A DNA stretch of 64,000 nucleotides, taken from Candidatus Zipacnadia bacterium. Its GTDB lineage: Bacteria > Armatimonadota > Zipacnadia > Zipacnadales > Zipacnadaceae. The notes beneath the pieces are model-generated. The model was given only the letters and a program-made list of their open reading frames with translations. It was not told where the DNA came from and searched no databases. Made by a program: the position numbers and the translations under genes. This document shows, in pieces, positions 9,000-19,184 of the stretch; position 1 is the first letter of the stretch, and each line of letters begins with the position of its first letter. The DNA is taken from assembly GCA_029820565.1 (NCBI GenBank), contig JALGUR010000022.1, positions 17,731 to 81,730 of the forward strand, given 5' to 3'.

Positions 9000-9917
9000 T
9001 CAAGCCGGCACTTCGCACCAGCGGCGACTGCCGCCGGCCTCTTCGGCGAGGCGAGCCAGATAATCCGCCTCTTGACGCAGCACGTGGCGGCGCTGGGGGG
9101 GAGGAAACTTGCCCAGCGACTCATCCTCCATATTCAGTCCGCCCTCATACCCGGCGACCGTTAGGATATCTACAATCTTGCCGTGATCTACATCGCCCTG
9201 GTGGATGGGGGCTACATACTCCCCGTACTGCCAGCCCAATTCCCGACGCTGCTGGCGGTATTGTACTGGATATGCAATATTCTTGCAATGAGTATGGCGG
9301 ACGTGGGCCGCCAAATCCTGCATAATCTCGTAGACAGTATCCAGCGAATGCCCGGCCCAATAGAAATTACCTGTATCTAAGGTTACCCCGAACCGCGGCG
9401 AATTAACCGTCTCCAGAACCTGGTGCAGCCATTGCGGATTATTGCCCTGAGCGCCGTGGTTTTCTATAGCGAGGGGAACCTGACAATCTTCGGTAACTGC
9501 TAACACCTGGCGGACGGCGTCGGCATATATGGTGACCCGTTGCTCAAAGGGCAACTCCTGCTGACCCGTCATAGCACTGTCCACTCTCACCGCGTCAACG
9601 CCCAGCACCTGACCAGCCTGAACCGCGCCTACCGCCCATTCAATCTCGGCGTCCAGGGCCTGGGCATTAAAGTTATTGGCCAATAGCAGTCCGGAGATGT
9701 GCAGGTTCCACTGGCTGTAGGCTTCGGCAGCCTCCAGTGCCTGGGCCTCAGAAGCGACAGAGAGTTTGGGATTGCCAGCCGCTCCGTCGGGCGAGGGAAT
9801 CTGCAGCGCCCGTTCCACGGCTACTTCCACACTATTGAGTTCTAACTCCTCCATCGCTTCCAGGATGCTATCATATCCCGCCTGGAAAATGCATACATCA
9901 CGCACTCCTACATACAT
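9000..9917 (-). CDS. sugar phosphate isomerase/epimerase (xylose isomerase-like TIM barrel)
   Basis: LAIENHG, LDTGNF, HTHCKN, GDVD and NMEDE metal-binding motifs; start placed at ATG 9917. Confidence 0.85.
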   Translation of the reverse strand: MYVGVRDVCIFQAGYDSILEAMEELELNSVEVAVERALQIPSPDGAAGNPKLSVASEAQALEAAEAYSQWNLHISGLLLANNFNAQALDAEIEWAVGAVQAGQVLGVDAVRVDSAMTGQQELPFEQRVTIYADAVRQVLAVTEDCQVPLAIENHGAQGNNPQWLHQVLETVNSPRFGVTLDTGNFYWAGHSLDTVYEIMQDLAAHVRHTHCKNIAYPVQYRQQRRELGWQYGEYVAPIHQGDVDHGKIVDILTVAGYEGGLNMEDESLGKFPPPQRRHVLRQEADYLARLAEEAGGSRRWCEVPA

Positions 9918-10214
9918 TGCTCTTGCCTCACTTTGTGATGCGTCGATAAACATCGTTAGGTAGTTCCTTCGCAATACGCAGAATCCTTCTTACTGTACTG
10001 TTGAGTACCCGTGATAAACACCTGCCGCAAGCACTTATCCATATTCCGTATGTGGGACGAGGCGGAGCCTGATGTAACTCACCCAAGACTTGACAGGACA
10101 AGAGACACAACTTATAATTCAAATAACTTGGGCTCCCGTCATACAGAACTTCTGTGTTTGACGATTGTCAATAATAGTAAGTAGCGCCTACCAGACAGGT
10201 GAGGTGTTAATACT

Positions 10215-11225
10215 ATGGCTAAGAATTATATGGTAGTAGCCGTGTTGGTTGCAGTGGTGGTCTGGGCAGGAGCCAGCGCCGTACGCAGCCAGCCCGAGCA
10301 AGTATTGCTGCGTTATGGTTGGGTGGACGGCGACGAGTTGCAGTATGATTTGTCAGTTCGCGGCCAAGGGCAGTTAGTCTTCCACAGTGCGGCTATAGCC
10401 CAAGGACAGGGCGGTGAGACGCCACTGCCGATTGTAATGAGTATGGACACTGTCTATCGCCAACTCGTCAAGGCGATAGACGAAGAGGGCAACGGCACAG
10501 TGGAGATTCACTGGGAGCCAATGCAGATTAGCGTAGATATGATGGGCCAGTTAATGCAGGCGACTGTAGATCTGGAGCAGGGAACCATAAGGTTCAATGG
10601 TCAGGAGCAGGCACTGCCCGGCTTCTCACCTCAGCCAGGAGCGGAGCCGCCTGCAATGAAAATATCGCCGCGAGGTAAAGTGTTGGCAATCACTAATCTG
10701 GAGCGGCTGATGCCTATGATGGGTACGGCCGGGCTGGGTCAGGTAGACCCCAGCCAGATAGTACGTGCCTCTCAGGCTGAATTTCCCGAGGAACCCGTGG
10801 CGGCCGGCGCAGAGTGGGAGCAACTCGTTGCCCTGCCCTTGCCCACTGGCGAAGGTCAGCAGGCCCCACAGATGCGCAGCGCATATGTTCTGAAAGGCTT
10901 CGCCACCATCAATGAGCGCCCCTGTGCGAAGATTAGTACGCGCAGCCATATCCAATTGCAGAATATGACTGTACCCGGTCAACCAGCCGTCGGCATCGGC
11001 GGCGCGGCCGGCTTCGCCACTCAGATTGACGCTATGCAGATGGACATTAACGGTGATTTATATTTTGACCACGAGGTGGGCAGACTCATTAGAGCCTTGA
11101 TGAATATTACGATGAATCTAAACATGAACATAGTTGGGGCTGCAGCCCAACAGCAGCAAATACCTGGTATCCAGTGTGAACTTAGGGACTTTGCTATGGA
11201 AGTGCTGATGAATCTTAAGGAATGA
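10215..11225 (+). CDS. secreted hypothetical protein
   Basis: Signal peptide, GAGGTG RBS, LLRY-W-GD and FPEEPV-G-W motifs of a beta-rich family seen in cell-envelope proteins. Confidence 0.75.
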   Translation: MAKNYMVVAVLVAVVVWAGASAVRSQPEQVLLRYGWVDGDELQYDLSVRGQGQLVFHSAAIAQGQGGETPLPIVMSMDTVYRQLVKAIDEEGNGTVEIHWEPMQISVDMMGQLMQATVDLEQGTIRFNGQEQALPGFSPQPGAEPPAMKISPRGKVLAITNLERLMPMMGTAGLGQVDPSQIVRASQAEFPEEPVAAGAEWEQLVALPLPTGEGQQAPQMRSAYVLKGFATINERPCAKISTRSHIQLQNMTVPGQPAVGIGGAAGFATQIDAMQMDINGDLYFDHEVGRLIRALMNITMNLNMNIVGAAAQQQQIPGIQCELRDFAMEVLMNLKE

Positions 11226-11337
11226 ATTGGCGAGATAGATTAGCAAGCAGGAGAAACCGAATAGACGACGAAACTATAACTGTGATAGTGACAAACTCTT
11301 TGCCTGATTCTACCAATGTGTTCTCAGAAAGGAGATT

Positions 11338-12285
11338 ATGATAATGTCTAAGAATACGATAGTGGCATCTGTGATAGCAGTCGTGATGGTAGCGGTGATA
11401 GTGGGTCTTAGCAGTTGTGGCGGGGGTGGTGACACCGGGATGTACTTCAACATCAGCGAGCGAGCCTCCTGGTCGGCAGATGGTAGATTCGCGTTCGCCT
11501 CTTTCGGGGGCAATGGGCTGCTGTATACCTACAGTGTCAATGAGAGTGGCGGCGGGACTGTACTCCTTACGCCTTCGGATAATGATGAGGACCTGGCCGA
11601 TGAGGGCGGCTGGCATCCGGCCTATAGTCCCGATGGTGGCCTCATCGCCTTCGCCTCGCGTCGGGGACCGAGTCCGGCTATCTGGATTATGGATGGAGCG
11701 GTAGGCGACCGCACAGGACTCAGCCGCCTAACCGATGACAGCGGCCTGGGCAGCGATGAACAGCCCAGTTGGAGTCCCGACGCCAGCAGCATTGTCTACA
11801 CCAGCACCCGCAGCAATAATAATCACGATATCCGAGTGATAAATGCTGATGGCAGTGGCCAGGCAGATCTGCTGGCGACCGCCGCTGAGGAGCAGTGGGC
11901 TTCGTATAATCCCCAGAACGCTGACCAGATAGTGTTTCAGTCCGACCAGGACGCCGCGGCCAACGGTGATACTGACATTTTTGTTTATAGCATCTCGACT
12001 CAGATCTATCAGAAGCTGGCCGATAGTCTCTATACTGACTCGGCACCCGCCTGGAGCCCTGACGGCACCAAGATCGCTTTCCACTCCAACCGCAGCGGGG
12101 ACTTTGACATCTGGGTGGTGGATGCCACGGGGGGCGACCCCACCCCGTTAACCACTGATGCCCGTTCTGATGGTTTCCCCATCTGGAACTCCGACGGCAC
12201 TCGTATCGCCTTCACCCGCAGCCGGGAACTATGGTCAATGGCTGCCGACGGCACCGACGAGGAGCAGATTACGCGACGGTTCTAA
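11338..12285 (+). CDS. TolB-like PD40 beta-propeller lipoprotein
   Basis: Lipobox LSSC; repeated P-WSPDG-IAF-S-R units. Confidence 0.9.
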   Translation: MIMSKNTIVASVIAVVMVAVIVGLSSCGGGGDTGMYFNISERASWSADGRFAFASFGGNGLLYTYSVNESGGGTVLLTPSDNDEDLADEGGWHPAYSPDGGLIAFASRRGPSPAIWIMDGAVGDRTGLSRLTDDSGLGSDEQPSWSPDASSIVYTSTRSNNNHDIRVINADGSGQADLLATAAEEQWASYNPQNADQIVFQSDQDAAANGDTDIFVYSISTQIYQKLADSLYTDSAPAWSPDGTKIAFHSNRSGDFDIWVVDATGGDPTPLTTDARSDGFPIWNSDGTRIAFTRSRELWSMAADGTDEEQITRRF

Positions 12286-12407
12286 ATAGCACGAACCGTC
12301 CCTACCCAAGCAGCATAGCGATACACAACAGTAGAAGAGGATATACTGGCCGGCCGCCGAACAGCCACATATCGGCGTGTCGGCCTTGGCGTTGTAGGCC
12401 TGCTACT

Positions 12408-13101
12408 ATGATTCCTCTACGCGACAACATTCGCTCGGTTCATTTTCCGGTGGTGAATATCGCCATTATTGCCACTTGTGGGGCGATATTTGTCTACCAA
12501 CTTACCGCCCCGGCGGCAATAACCCAATATGCCTTCCGCCCTGTCTATCTGGCCTCGCCAAGTGAATTTCGTGAGGTCGGTTACCAACTGGCACTGGGGA
12601 GTTTGATCCTGTCAATATTCATGCATGGCGGTTTGTTACATATTGGCGGAAATATGCTGTTTCTGTGGGTGTTCGGCGATAATGTGGAAGACAGAATGGG
12701 GCATTTGCGCTACCTGGTCTTCTATCTGCTGTGCGGAGTGCTGGCCAGCCTGGCCCATACTTTCATCACTCTGGCCAGTACGCCCATTACTGGAGGAGAG
12801 GCACTGACAGTTCCTATGGTGGGAGCAAGTGGGGCTATTGCCGGTGTGTTAGGGGCGTACTATTCACTATTCAAGGGAGCCTATGTTCGTGCTCTGGTGC
12901 CCCTCTTCTTCATATTTACTACTGTAGACTTACCGGCGGGACTATTTATCATAATCTGGTTCATTATGCAGTTGTTCTCCGGTGTAACATCGCTGGGAGT
13001 GGGTACGGGGATAGCCTTCTGGGCCCACATTCCTGGTCAAGATTTTCGTTCGTCGGCGGCGTCGGCCCCGGCCCCGGGTATTAGACCTGCGCATAGACTA
13101 A
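12408..13101 (+). pseudogene. rhomboid intramembrane serine protease, frameshifted just after the catalytic His
   Basis: MIPLRD start, FMHGGLLHIGGNMLFLWVFGDNVE, VGASGAIAG and FWAHI motifs; the expected GGF..G after AHI is missing and a plausible C-terminus (LVKIFVRRRRRPRPRVLDLRID*) lies in another frame at 13033-13101. Confidence 0.7.
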
Positions 13102-13994
13102 TGTTCATTAGGGCGGGGCGCGAATACTCGTTGTAGGTAGGTATGCCCAATCAGCAGCACAGCGCGCAGCCATACTCCTATCGAGATAAGCCAACGCGTG
13201 GCGAAGCAGCGGGCTTGGTGCTTGCAGTAAAGCCGGTACATACTGCAGTGAGAATTGATTATGGTGGGGATGACCGCTTTATCAGAGCTGCGGCCTACGG
13301 CGTGAATAATCTCGGGCTGGGGAGTGTAGAGCACCTGCCATCCAGCCTTGTGAGCGCGCCAGCAGTAGTCAACGTCCTCCGAACCCCAAAAGAATTGCTC
13401 ATCCAACAAGCCTATCTGTTCTATTAGTTCTCGGCGCAATAGCATACAGGCCCCGGAGACCCAATCAACTTTGCGCACCTCGTTGTGATCCCAATCAGAC
13501 ATTAAATAGTCGGCGACACTGGCGGCGCGGGGCATAACCCGGCCAAAGAACGTATTACGAAAAATAGCGGCAGTAATTGTGGGAAAGTGGCGGCACGAGT
13601 ACTGGAGGCGGCCGTCGGGATAAAGTAACTTAGGGCCGATAATGCCGGCCTCGGGGTGCTGGTCGGCGAAGTTGACCATTTGTTGTAGCGCTTCCGGCGG
13701 CACAAGGGTGTCGGGATTGAGTAGCAGAATATAGCGGCCAGTAGCCTGCTCAATTCCCTGATTGCAGCCGGCGGCAAAGCCGCGGTTGTCCTCGTTTTCA
13801 ATGACACGCACCTGAGGATAGCGCTGAGCAGTCGCCAGGGCGGTATCGTCAGCCGAAGCATTATCTACGACAATGACCTCAACGGACAGGTCACCGGCAC
13901 CCGAGTAAATGGAGTCCAGACACGCCAGCAGATCATCCCGAACATTCCAACTGACAATACATATGCTCAACTCAAGCGGTTGAGTTTGATTCAC
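13098..13994 (-). CDS. glycosyltransferase family 2
   Basis: LSICIVSWN, VVDNASAD, NRGFAAGCNQG, LLNPD, WVSGACML and EDVDYC motifs; GTG start at 13994 rather than 14159. Confidence 0.9.
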   Translation of the reverse strand: MNQTQPLELSICIVSWNVRDDLLACLDSIYSGAGDLSVEVIVVDNASADDTALATAQRYPQVRVIENEDNRGFAAGCNQGIEQATGRYILLLNPDTLVPPEALQQMVNFADQHPEAGIIGPKLLYPDGRLQYSCRHFPTITAAIFRNTFFGRVMPRAASVADYLMSDWDHNEVRKVDWVSGACMLLRRELIEQIGLLDEQFFWGSEDVDYCWRAHKAGWQVLYTPQPEIIHAVGRSSDKAVIPTIINSHCSMYRLYCKHQARCFATRWLISIGVWLRAVLLIGHTYLQRVFAPRPNEH

Positions 13995-14163
13995 CGGGGC
14001 TCTCCTGGGGCTCTTCGGCTTCTTCAATGAGCATAATGGGGATGCCGTCTCGTATCGGGTAACGCTTGCCGCAGCCGGTACAGACGATTTTGTCGTCTCG
14101 TAGTTCCACCGGCGCTTTGCAGTCTGGACAGGCCAATATCTCCAAAAGGCTTTCATCAATCAT
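13972..14163 (-). CDS. Trm112 family small Zn-ribbon protein
   Basis: LLEILACPDCK ... CTGCGKRYPIRDGIPIML; GGGAGA RBS. Confidence 0.9.
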   Translation of the reverse strand: MIDESLLEILACPDCKAPVELRDDKIVCTGCGKRYPIRDGIPIMLIEEAEEPQESPGESNSTA

Positions 14164-14183
14164 ACGATCATCTCCCTAAACAC

Positions 14184-14311
14184 GTAGGCGGGGTTCTCTC
14201 CTTCGGCAGGCTCAGGACGGTGAGCTTGCCGAACCGCAACCCCGCATTTGGCCGTGAGCTGCACAGGTTGAGACTTCGGCGACCTCAGCCGAGCCGAACC
14301 TGCGCTACGCG
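14184..14311. repeat. composite REP-like palindromic element (copy 1)
   Basis: 14184-14245 is the exact reverse complement of 28098-28159; 14297-14311 matches 28063-28077 in reverse. Confidence 0.9.
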
Positions 14312-14313
14312 AC

Positions 14314-17300
14314 TTACTCGGCGACCTGATTAGATTTACTTAACCCCAAGCGGACGGCTACCTCCTCAAAAACGCTGTATGCTACCGGCACTACTAATAG
14401 GGTCAAGAAAGTAGAGCTAATCAGACCACCGACGGCAGTTAGCGCCAGAGGCTGCCACATCTCGGAGCCTTCGCGCATCGCCAAAGCCATAGGAATCATT
14501 GCAAAGCCGGTGGTAAAAGCGGTCATTAGAATTGGGCGCAGCCTAATCCGCCCGCCTTCAATAATCGCTTCCCGTGTCGGCATACCGCGTTGGCGGAGCA
14601 GATTGATCATTTGTACCAATAGAATTGAGTTACTGACCACAATGCCGGTGAGCAACAATATGCCCAAGAAGACCATGAGGCTGATGACGGTGCCGGTCAA
14701 TAGCAGGAGAATGCTAACTCCAATTATTTCCAGAGGAATGGCCAACATAATAGTCAAAGGGTGCACCAGGGACTCAAACTGGGAGGCTAAAATCATATAA
14801 ATGAGCAGGATGCCCATAATCAGCGCAACAAACATCCCGGCAAAGGCTTCGCGGCGGTCTTCCTCCGCGCCCGCGAATTCATAGCTGTAACTGCTGGGCC
14901 AGTTGTGGCTAATCGGCTTTATGCGGGCGGCTACATCCTTGAGAATATCGGTCAAGGCACGGTCGGGTGACTTACCGGCGGTAACTCTAACTACGCGCTG
15001 CCGTTCGTCTCGGTGAATTTGGCTCGGACCAGCGGCCGGCCTAATGTCAGCAATCTCGGTCAAGGGTATTACCTGGCCGCTATATGGTGATACGATGGTA
15101 GCATCTTTTACGGTCTCAATCCAGTCGCGGTCTGCCTCAGCCGCTCGGACTTTGATGTCATACTCTTCCCCGGCCTCGCGGTACTTGGTTAACTGCTGGG
15201 TCCCCCGAACCAGAGTCTGGAGGGTAGCGGCGACCTGACCGGCAGTTATTCCTAAAGCGCCCGCCTTTTGTCTATCAATGAATACCTGATACTCAGGCTT
15301 GCCGGGCCGCCAATTCAGGTCCAAGTCATGCAATCCGGGCACATCCGCAATTCCATCCATAACCTCATTGCCCAGGCGGCTGAGCACAGGTAGTTCATCG
15401 CCGCTGATAACCACCTCAATATCGGCCCCGCCCATAGCGCCGGGGCCCATTTCGGTAAAGCGAGCGGTAACTCCCGGTACGCGGTCAAACTTCTCACGCA
15501 GCTCAGCCTCAATTTCACCGGCGTGACGCTCGCGCTGACTGCGGGGTGTCAATTTGCCAAACAGAGATGCTGTATTTGTCCCCCCTCCTCCCATACCCAT
15601 CATCATGGCTTCAGCGCCCAGCTCGCCGCCGGTGGCCCCGACCAACTGAAACTCGGGAGTCTGCTGCATTATTCGCTCCAACTCCTGGGTCATCTGGTCA
15701 GTATATTGGATTGATGAGCCGATAGGGGTTTCCACATTAATGAATACCTGATTTTCTTCCATTGTCGGGAAGAATTCCAGGCCCACTAAGCCCATCAGCA
15801 TAAGACTGATAATGAAGGTGCCGCCGGCAATAGCAGTGGTCATAGCCCGGTGGCTCAGGGCCCAGGTTATAGCTCGCAGGTACCACTGGGTCAACCATCC
15901 AAAACCTTGTTGAAATTTGCCCAGTCCCTTCTCCACGAGGCGAGGTAGTATGCCGAAAAGCCTCACCCCTCGTCCCGCTCCGTCGCCATAGCGGCTTGGG
16001 CGCGTCGGTGACGCTCCCGGCGGGAGAGGAAAACCAGATGAATCAAGGGGCTGGGCAGCAGCCATAAACCGAGAGCAAAGCAAGGGAACCAGGGTCAAGG
16101 CAACCAGCAGTGAGGCGGCCAGGCCAAACATTACTACCCAGGCCATAGACGCGAATATCTCGCCCACCAATCCCCCGATAAGCAGTAGCGGGAAGAAAAC
16201 GGCGAAGGTGGCCAGGGTTGTGGCCAGGCACGCTGAGGCCACTTCGCCAGTGCCCGAGAGGGCTGCCTTGGTTACCGTCTCGCCCTGCTCGGTTATATGG
16301 CGATAGATATTCTCCAATACAACAATGGAGTCATCTACCATCCGCCCAATGGCCAGCACCAGGCCGCCCATAGTTATTATATTGAGAGTCATATCGGCGT
16401 AGTACATTAGGACAAAGGTGGCAATTAACGACATCGGTATGGAGACAGCTATCACTATAGTATTGCGGATTGCAGCCAGGAAGAAGAAGATGACAATTAC
16501 TGCCAAGATACCCCCTTCAAGGGCTACCTCATACAAGTTATTCAGCGATTGCTTGATATACTCGGCCTGGTCAAAAGTAGCCTGTAACTCCACGCCCGCC
16601 GGTAGCCTCTCCGGCAGTGTCCCGACAGCCTGATGGACGGCATTGGATACTTCTACTGTGTTAGCTACCGACTCTTTGGCTATCTCTAAGGCCACGCAGG
16701 GCTCGCCATTGAGTCGAGCAAAGCTCCGAATCTCCTTATGACTATCTTTGACCTGGGCCACATCGCGCAGGCGAATGGGAGTGCCGTTATGAGCCGCTAT
16801 GGCGATGTCGGCAATCTCGTCCACGCTCTGGAATTGTCCGATAGTGCGAATTGTGTACTCTTTGGTCCCTTCCGTGGTATATCCCGCCGGAAGATTGAGG
16901 TTCTCACTGCGCAAGATGTTTTCAATCTGTCCCACGGACAGGCCGTAAGCGTCCAGGCGGGCGCGGTCTACCTGGACCAGGATTTCCCGCTGCAAACCGC
17001 CGTAGATGGTGGCCGCCGCTACTCCTTCCAGTTTTTCTAACTCCGGCTTGATGACATCTTCAGTGATTTTTCGCAATCGTTCCATATCCTCCATGCCAGT
17101 GACTTCCATCTCCATCACTGGCATCATTGTGGAGGGGTCCATTTTACCGATGAGGGGCCGGTGGGCGTCTCCCGGTAACCAGTTAATGACCGGGTCCACC
17201 TTTTCGCGAGTGTCAAAGGCCGCATCATCCATATCGGTGCCCCACTCAAACTCTAATATGACCACGGAGAGGCCGTCTTGGGAGATCGACCGAATGCTTT

Positions 17301-17532
17301 TGAGGTCCTCAACGATGGCCGCGGCTTCCTCAATGGGCTTGGTGACAAACTCCTCTACCTCCTGGGGCCCCGCTCCCGGATAGCGGGTCATAACGGTGAG
17401 GATTGGGAAAGTAATATCGGGCAGCAGGTCTATCTTCAGATTGGAAAGCCCCAGCAGTCCCAGCAGCACCACTGCCAGGGCCGCCATATAGGTAGTGACG
17501 GACCGATTTAGTGAAAAACGCGCCGGATTCAC
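14314..17532 (-). CDS. RND efflux permease (AcrB/AcrD/AcrF family)
   Basis: 1072 aa; YPGAGPQEVE, GRMVDDSIVVLENI, GIVVSNSILL and RLRPILMT motifs. Confidence 0.95.
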   Translation of the reverse strand: MNPARFSLNRSVTTYMAALAVVLLGLLGLSNLKIDLLPDITFPILTVMTRYPGAGPQEVEEFVTKPIEEAAAIVEDLKSIRSISQDGLSVVILEFEWGTDMDDAAFDTREKVDPVINWLPGDAHRPLIGKMDPSTMMPVMEMEVTGMEDMERLRKITEDVIKPELEKLEGVAAATIYGGLQREILVQVDRARLDAYGLSVGQIENILRSENLNLPAGYTTEGTKEYTIRTIGQFQSVDEIADIAIAAHNGTPIRLRDVAQVKDSHKEIRSFARLNGEPCVALEIAKESVANTVEVSNAVHQAVGTLPERLPAGVELQATFDQAEYIKQSLNNLYEVALEGGILAVIVIFFFLAAIRNTIVIAVSIPMSLIATFVLMYYADMTLNIITMGGLVLAIGRMVDDSIVVLENIYRHITEQGETVTKAALSGTGEVASACLATTLATFAVFFPLLLIGGLVGEIFASMAWVVMFGLAASLLVALTLVPLLCSRFMAAAQPLDSSGFPLPPGASPTRPSRYGDGAGRGVRLFGILPRLVEKGLGKFQQGFGWLTQWYLRAITWALSHRAMTTAIAGGTFIISLMLMGLVGLEFFPTMEENQVFINVETPIGSSIQYTDQMTQELERIMQQTPEFQLVGATGGELGAEAMMMGMGGGGTNTASLFGKLTPRSQRERHAGEIEAELREKFDRVPGVTARFTEMGPGAMGGADIEVVISGDELPVLSRLGNEVMDGIADVPGLHDLDLNWRPGKPEYQVFIDRQKAGALGITAGQVAATLQTLVRGTQQLTKYREAGEEYDIKVRAAEADRDWIETVKDATIVSPYSGQVIPLTEIADIRPAAGPSQIHRDERQRVVRVTAGKSPDRALTDILKDVAARIKPISHNWPSSYSYEFAGAEEDRREAFAGMFVALIMGILLIYMILASQFESLVHPLTIMLAIPLEIIGVSILLLLTGTVISLMVFLGILLLTGIVVSNSILLVQMINLLRQRGMPTREAIIEGGRIRLRPILMTAFTTGFAMIPMALAMREGSEMWQPLALTAVGGLISSTFLTLLVVPVAYSVFEEVAVRLGLSKSNQVAE

Positions 17533-19178
17533 GGGGTGGCGCCCACCTCCTTATCGCGGACTTCAATAGACTGTCCGGCCTCAAGTCGCTCCTGGCCCCG
17601 AACAACTATGTGGTCGCCCTCCTGTAGCCCGCTAAGAATAGCCACGCGGTCGGCATCCTGCAGCCCTGTCTGCACTTCTTTCTGTATCGCCTGGCCGCCT
17701 TTCGCGATATATACGAGACTCTTGCCTTCTCGCTGTATGACAGCATCGCGGGGAACTACCAGCACATTGCTCTGCTGCTCGGCCACAACTTGTACGCGGG
17801 CGAACATCCCCGGGGTCAATTTGCCTTCTTCATTCGGCACCCATATCTTAACATCAAAGGCCCGCGACTCGGGGTCAGCAGCAGGCAGGATTTCGGTAAC
17901 GGTGCCCACAAACGTGCCCTGCGTCGCGTCCACGACTACCATGGGGGTCTGGCCCTTATGTATCTGTGCGATATTGCCCTCTCCAACCTGTGCCCGCACA
18001 TATACCTGGCGATTGTTCACTAACCTGAACATAGGCAAGCCGGGAGAAGCTGACTCGCCCGGGTCCACGCTACGCTGAACAATTGTACCGGAAGCGGGCG
18101 CGCGAATGTGGGCATAACCAATCTGGGTCTGCAGATAATTGACATTGGCTTTAGCCTGGGAGAGAGCAGCCTTAGCCGCCTGCACGTCCTCCTCGCTCAT
18201 CTGGTCGCGGGCAGCAGCAGCCTGGGCCATCTCCAAGCCAGCGCGGGCCTGGTCAACCTGCTTCTGAGCGGCTTCTACCTCACGCTGGCGGATCTGATTT
18301 TGAGCCTGGTTAGCCTGGGCCAGAGATAGGACTGCTTTAGCCTGCTGGACCTGGGCCTCAGCGATCTGTATCTCTTCGGTACGAGCGCCTTCTTTGATCA
18401 AATCGAGCCGTTGGACCACTGTGTTGTAGCCGGCCAGTGCAATGTCATATTGCAATTTGGCCGCGTCATATTGCTGCTGGGCGATAGCGCCTTGTCCCAG
18501 GAGTTGTTGGGCACGGTCCAAGTTTTTCTGGGCGGTATCCCGGCTGGCTTGCGCCTGACGGACCGCCTCTTGGGCCTGCTGCCTTTCTTGCTTACGAGCG
18601 CCCTGGCGCAGTATATCTAACCGAGCCTGGGCCTGCTTCAGGGCTTCTTCCGCTTGTTGGATAGATGTAGTTGTTTGCGCTGTGGTAATCTCGGCACCGG
18701 TTTGAGCCTGGCGCAGCCGGGCTTGGGCCGCCTGCAACTGTGCCTGGGCACTGGTAATGGAAGTGCTGGTTTGTGCCTCTTGCAAACCGACACCGGTTTG
18801 GGCTTGCTTCAGGCGGGCCTCAGCCGCCGCCACTCCAGCCCGGGCCTGGCGTAGTTGGGAGAGCAAGTCTTTATGTTCCAGCAGGGCCAGTAACTGCCCA
18901 GTTCTGACCACAGCCCCTTCGTCCACATAGATTTTGGTCACCTTGCCCGGGACCTTAGGCACGACACTAATGTCCACCTTAGCCTCTACAGTGCCCGTGA
19001 CAGTGAAAGAGCGCTGAATATCGCCTATCTCCACCGGCTGAGTCTGTACGGGCAGAGCCGGTTGTTCCTCGGCTGCTTGCTGGGCAGCGACTCTTTGCTG
19101 CTGGAGGGATCGAGTTAGCACTAAGCCTCCCAACACCAAAATGACCAGAATAATGGCAGCAATAAGTTTGCGATTCAT
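17529..19178 (-). CDS. RND periplasmic adaptor (membrane fusion protein) with a long coiled coil
   Basis: N-terminal TM, VPGKVTKIYVDEG, IRAPASG and LTPGMFARV motifs. Confidence 0.93.
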   Translation of the reverse strand: MNRKLIAAIILVILVLGGLVLTRSLQQQRVAAQQAAEEQPALPVQTQPVEIGDIQRSFTVTGTVEAKVDISVVPKVPGKVTKIYVDEGAVVRTGQLLALLEHKDLLSQLRQARAGVAAAEARLKQAQTGVGLQEAQTSTSITSAQAQLQAAQARLRQAQTGAEITTAQTTTSIQQAEEALKQAQARLDILRQGARKQERQQAQEAVRQAQASRDTAQKNLDRAQQLLGQGAIAQQQYDAAKLQYDIALAGYNTVVQRLDLIKEGARTEEIQIAEAQVQQAKAVLSLAQANQAQNQIRQREVEAAQKQVDQARAGLEMAQAAAARDQMSEEDVQAAKAALSQAKANVNYLQTQIGYAHIRAPASGTIVQRSVDPGESASPGLPMFRLVNNRQVYVRAQVGEGNIAQIHKGQTPMVVVDATQGTFVGTVTEILPAADPESRAFDVKIWVPNEEGKLTPGMFARVQVVAEQQSNVLVVPRDAVIQREGKSLVYIAKGGQAIQKEVQTGLQDADRVAILSGLQEGDHIVVRGQERLEAGQSIEVRDKEVGATP

Positions 19179-19184
19179 TCTACG

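Noticed and set aside
13995-14159. N-terminal extension of the GT2 ORF
   Set aside because: It overlaps the Trm112 gene in another frame; GT2 homology starts near GTG 13994.
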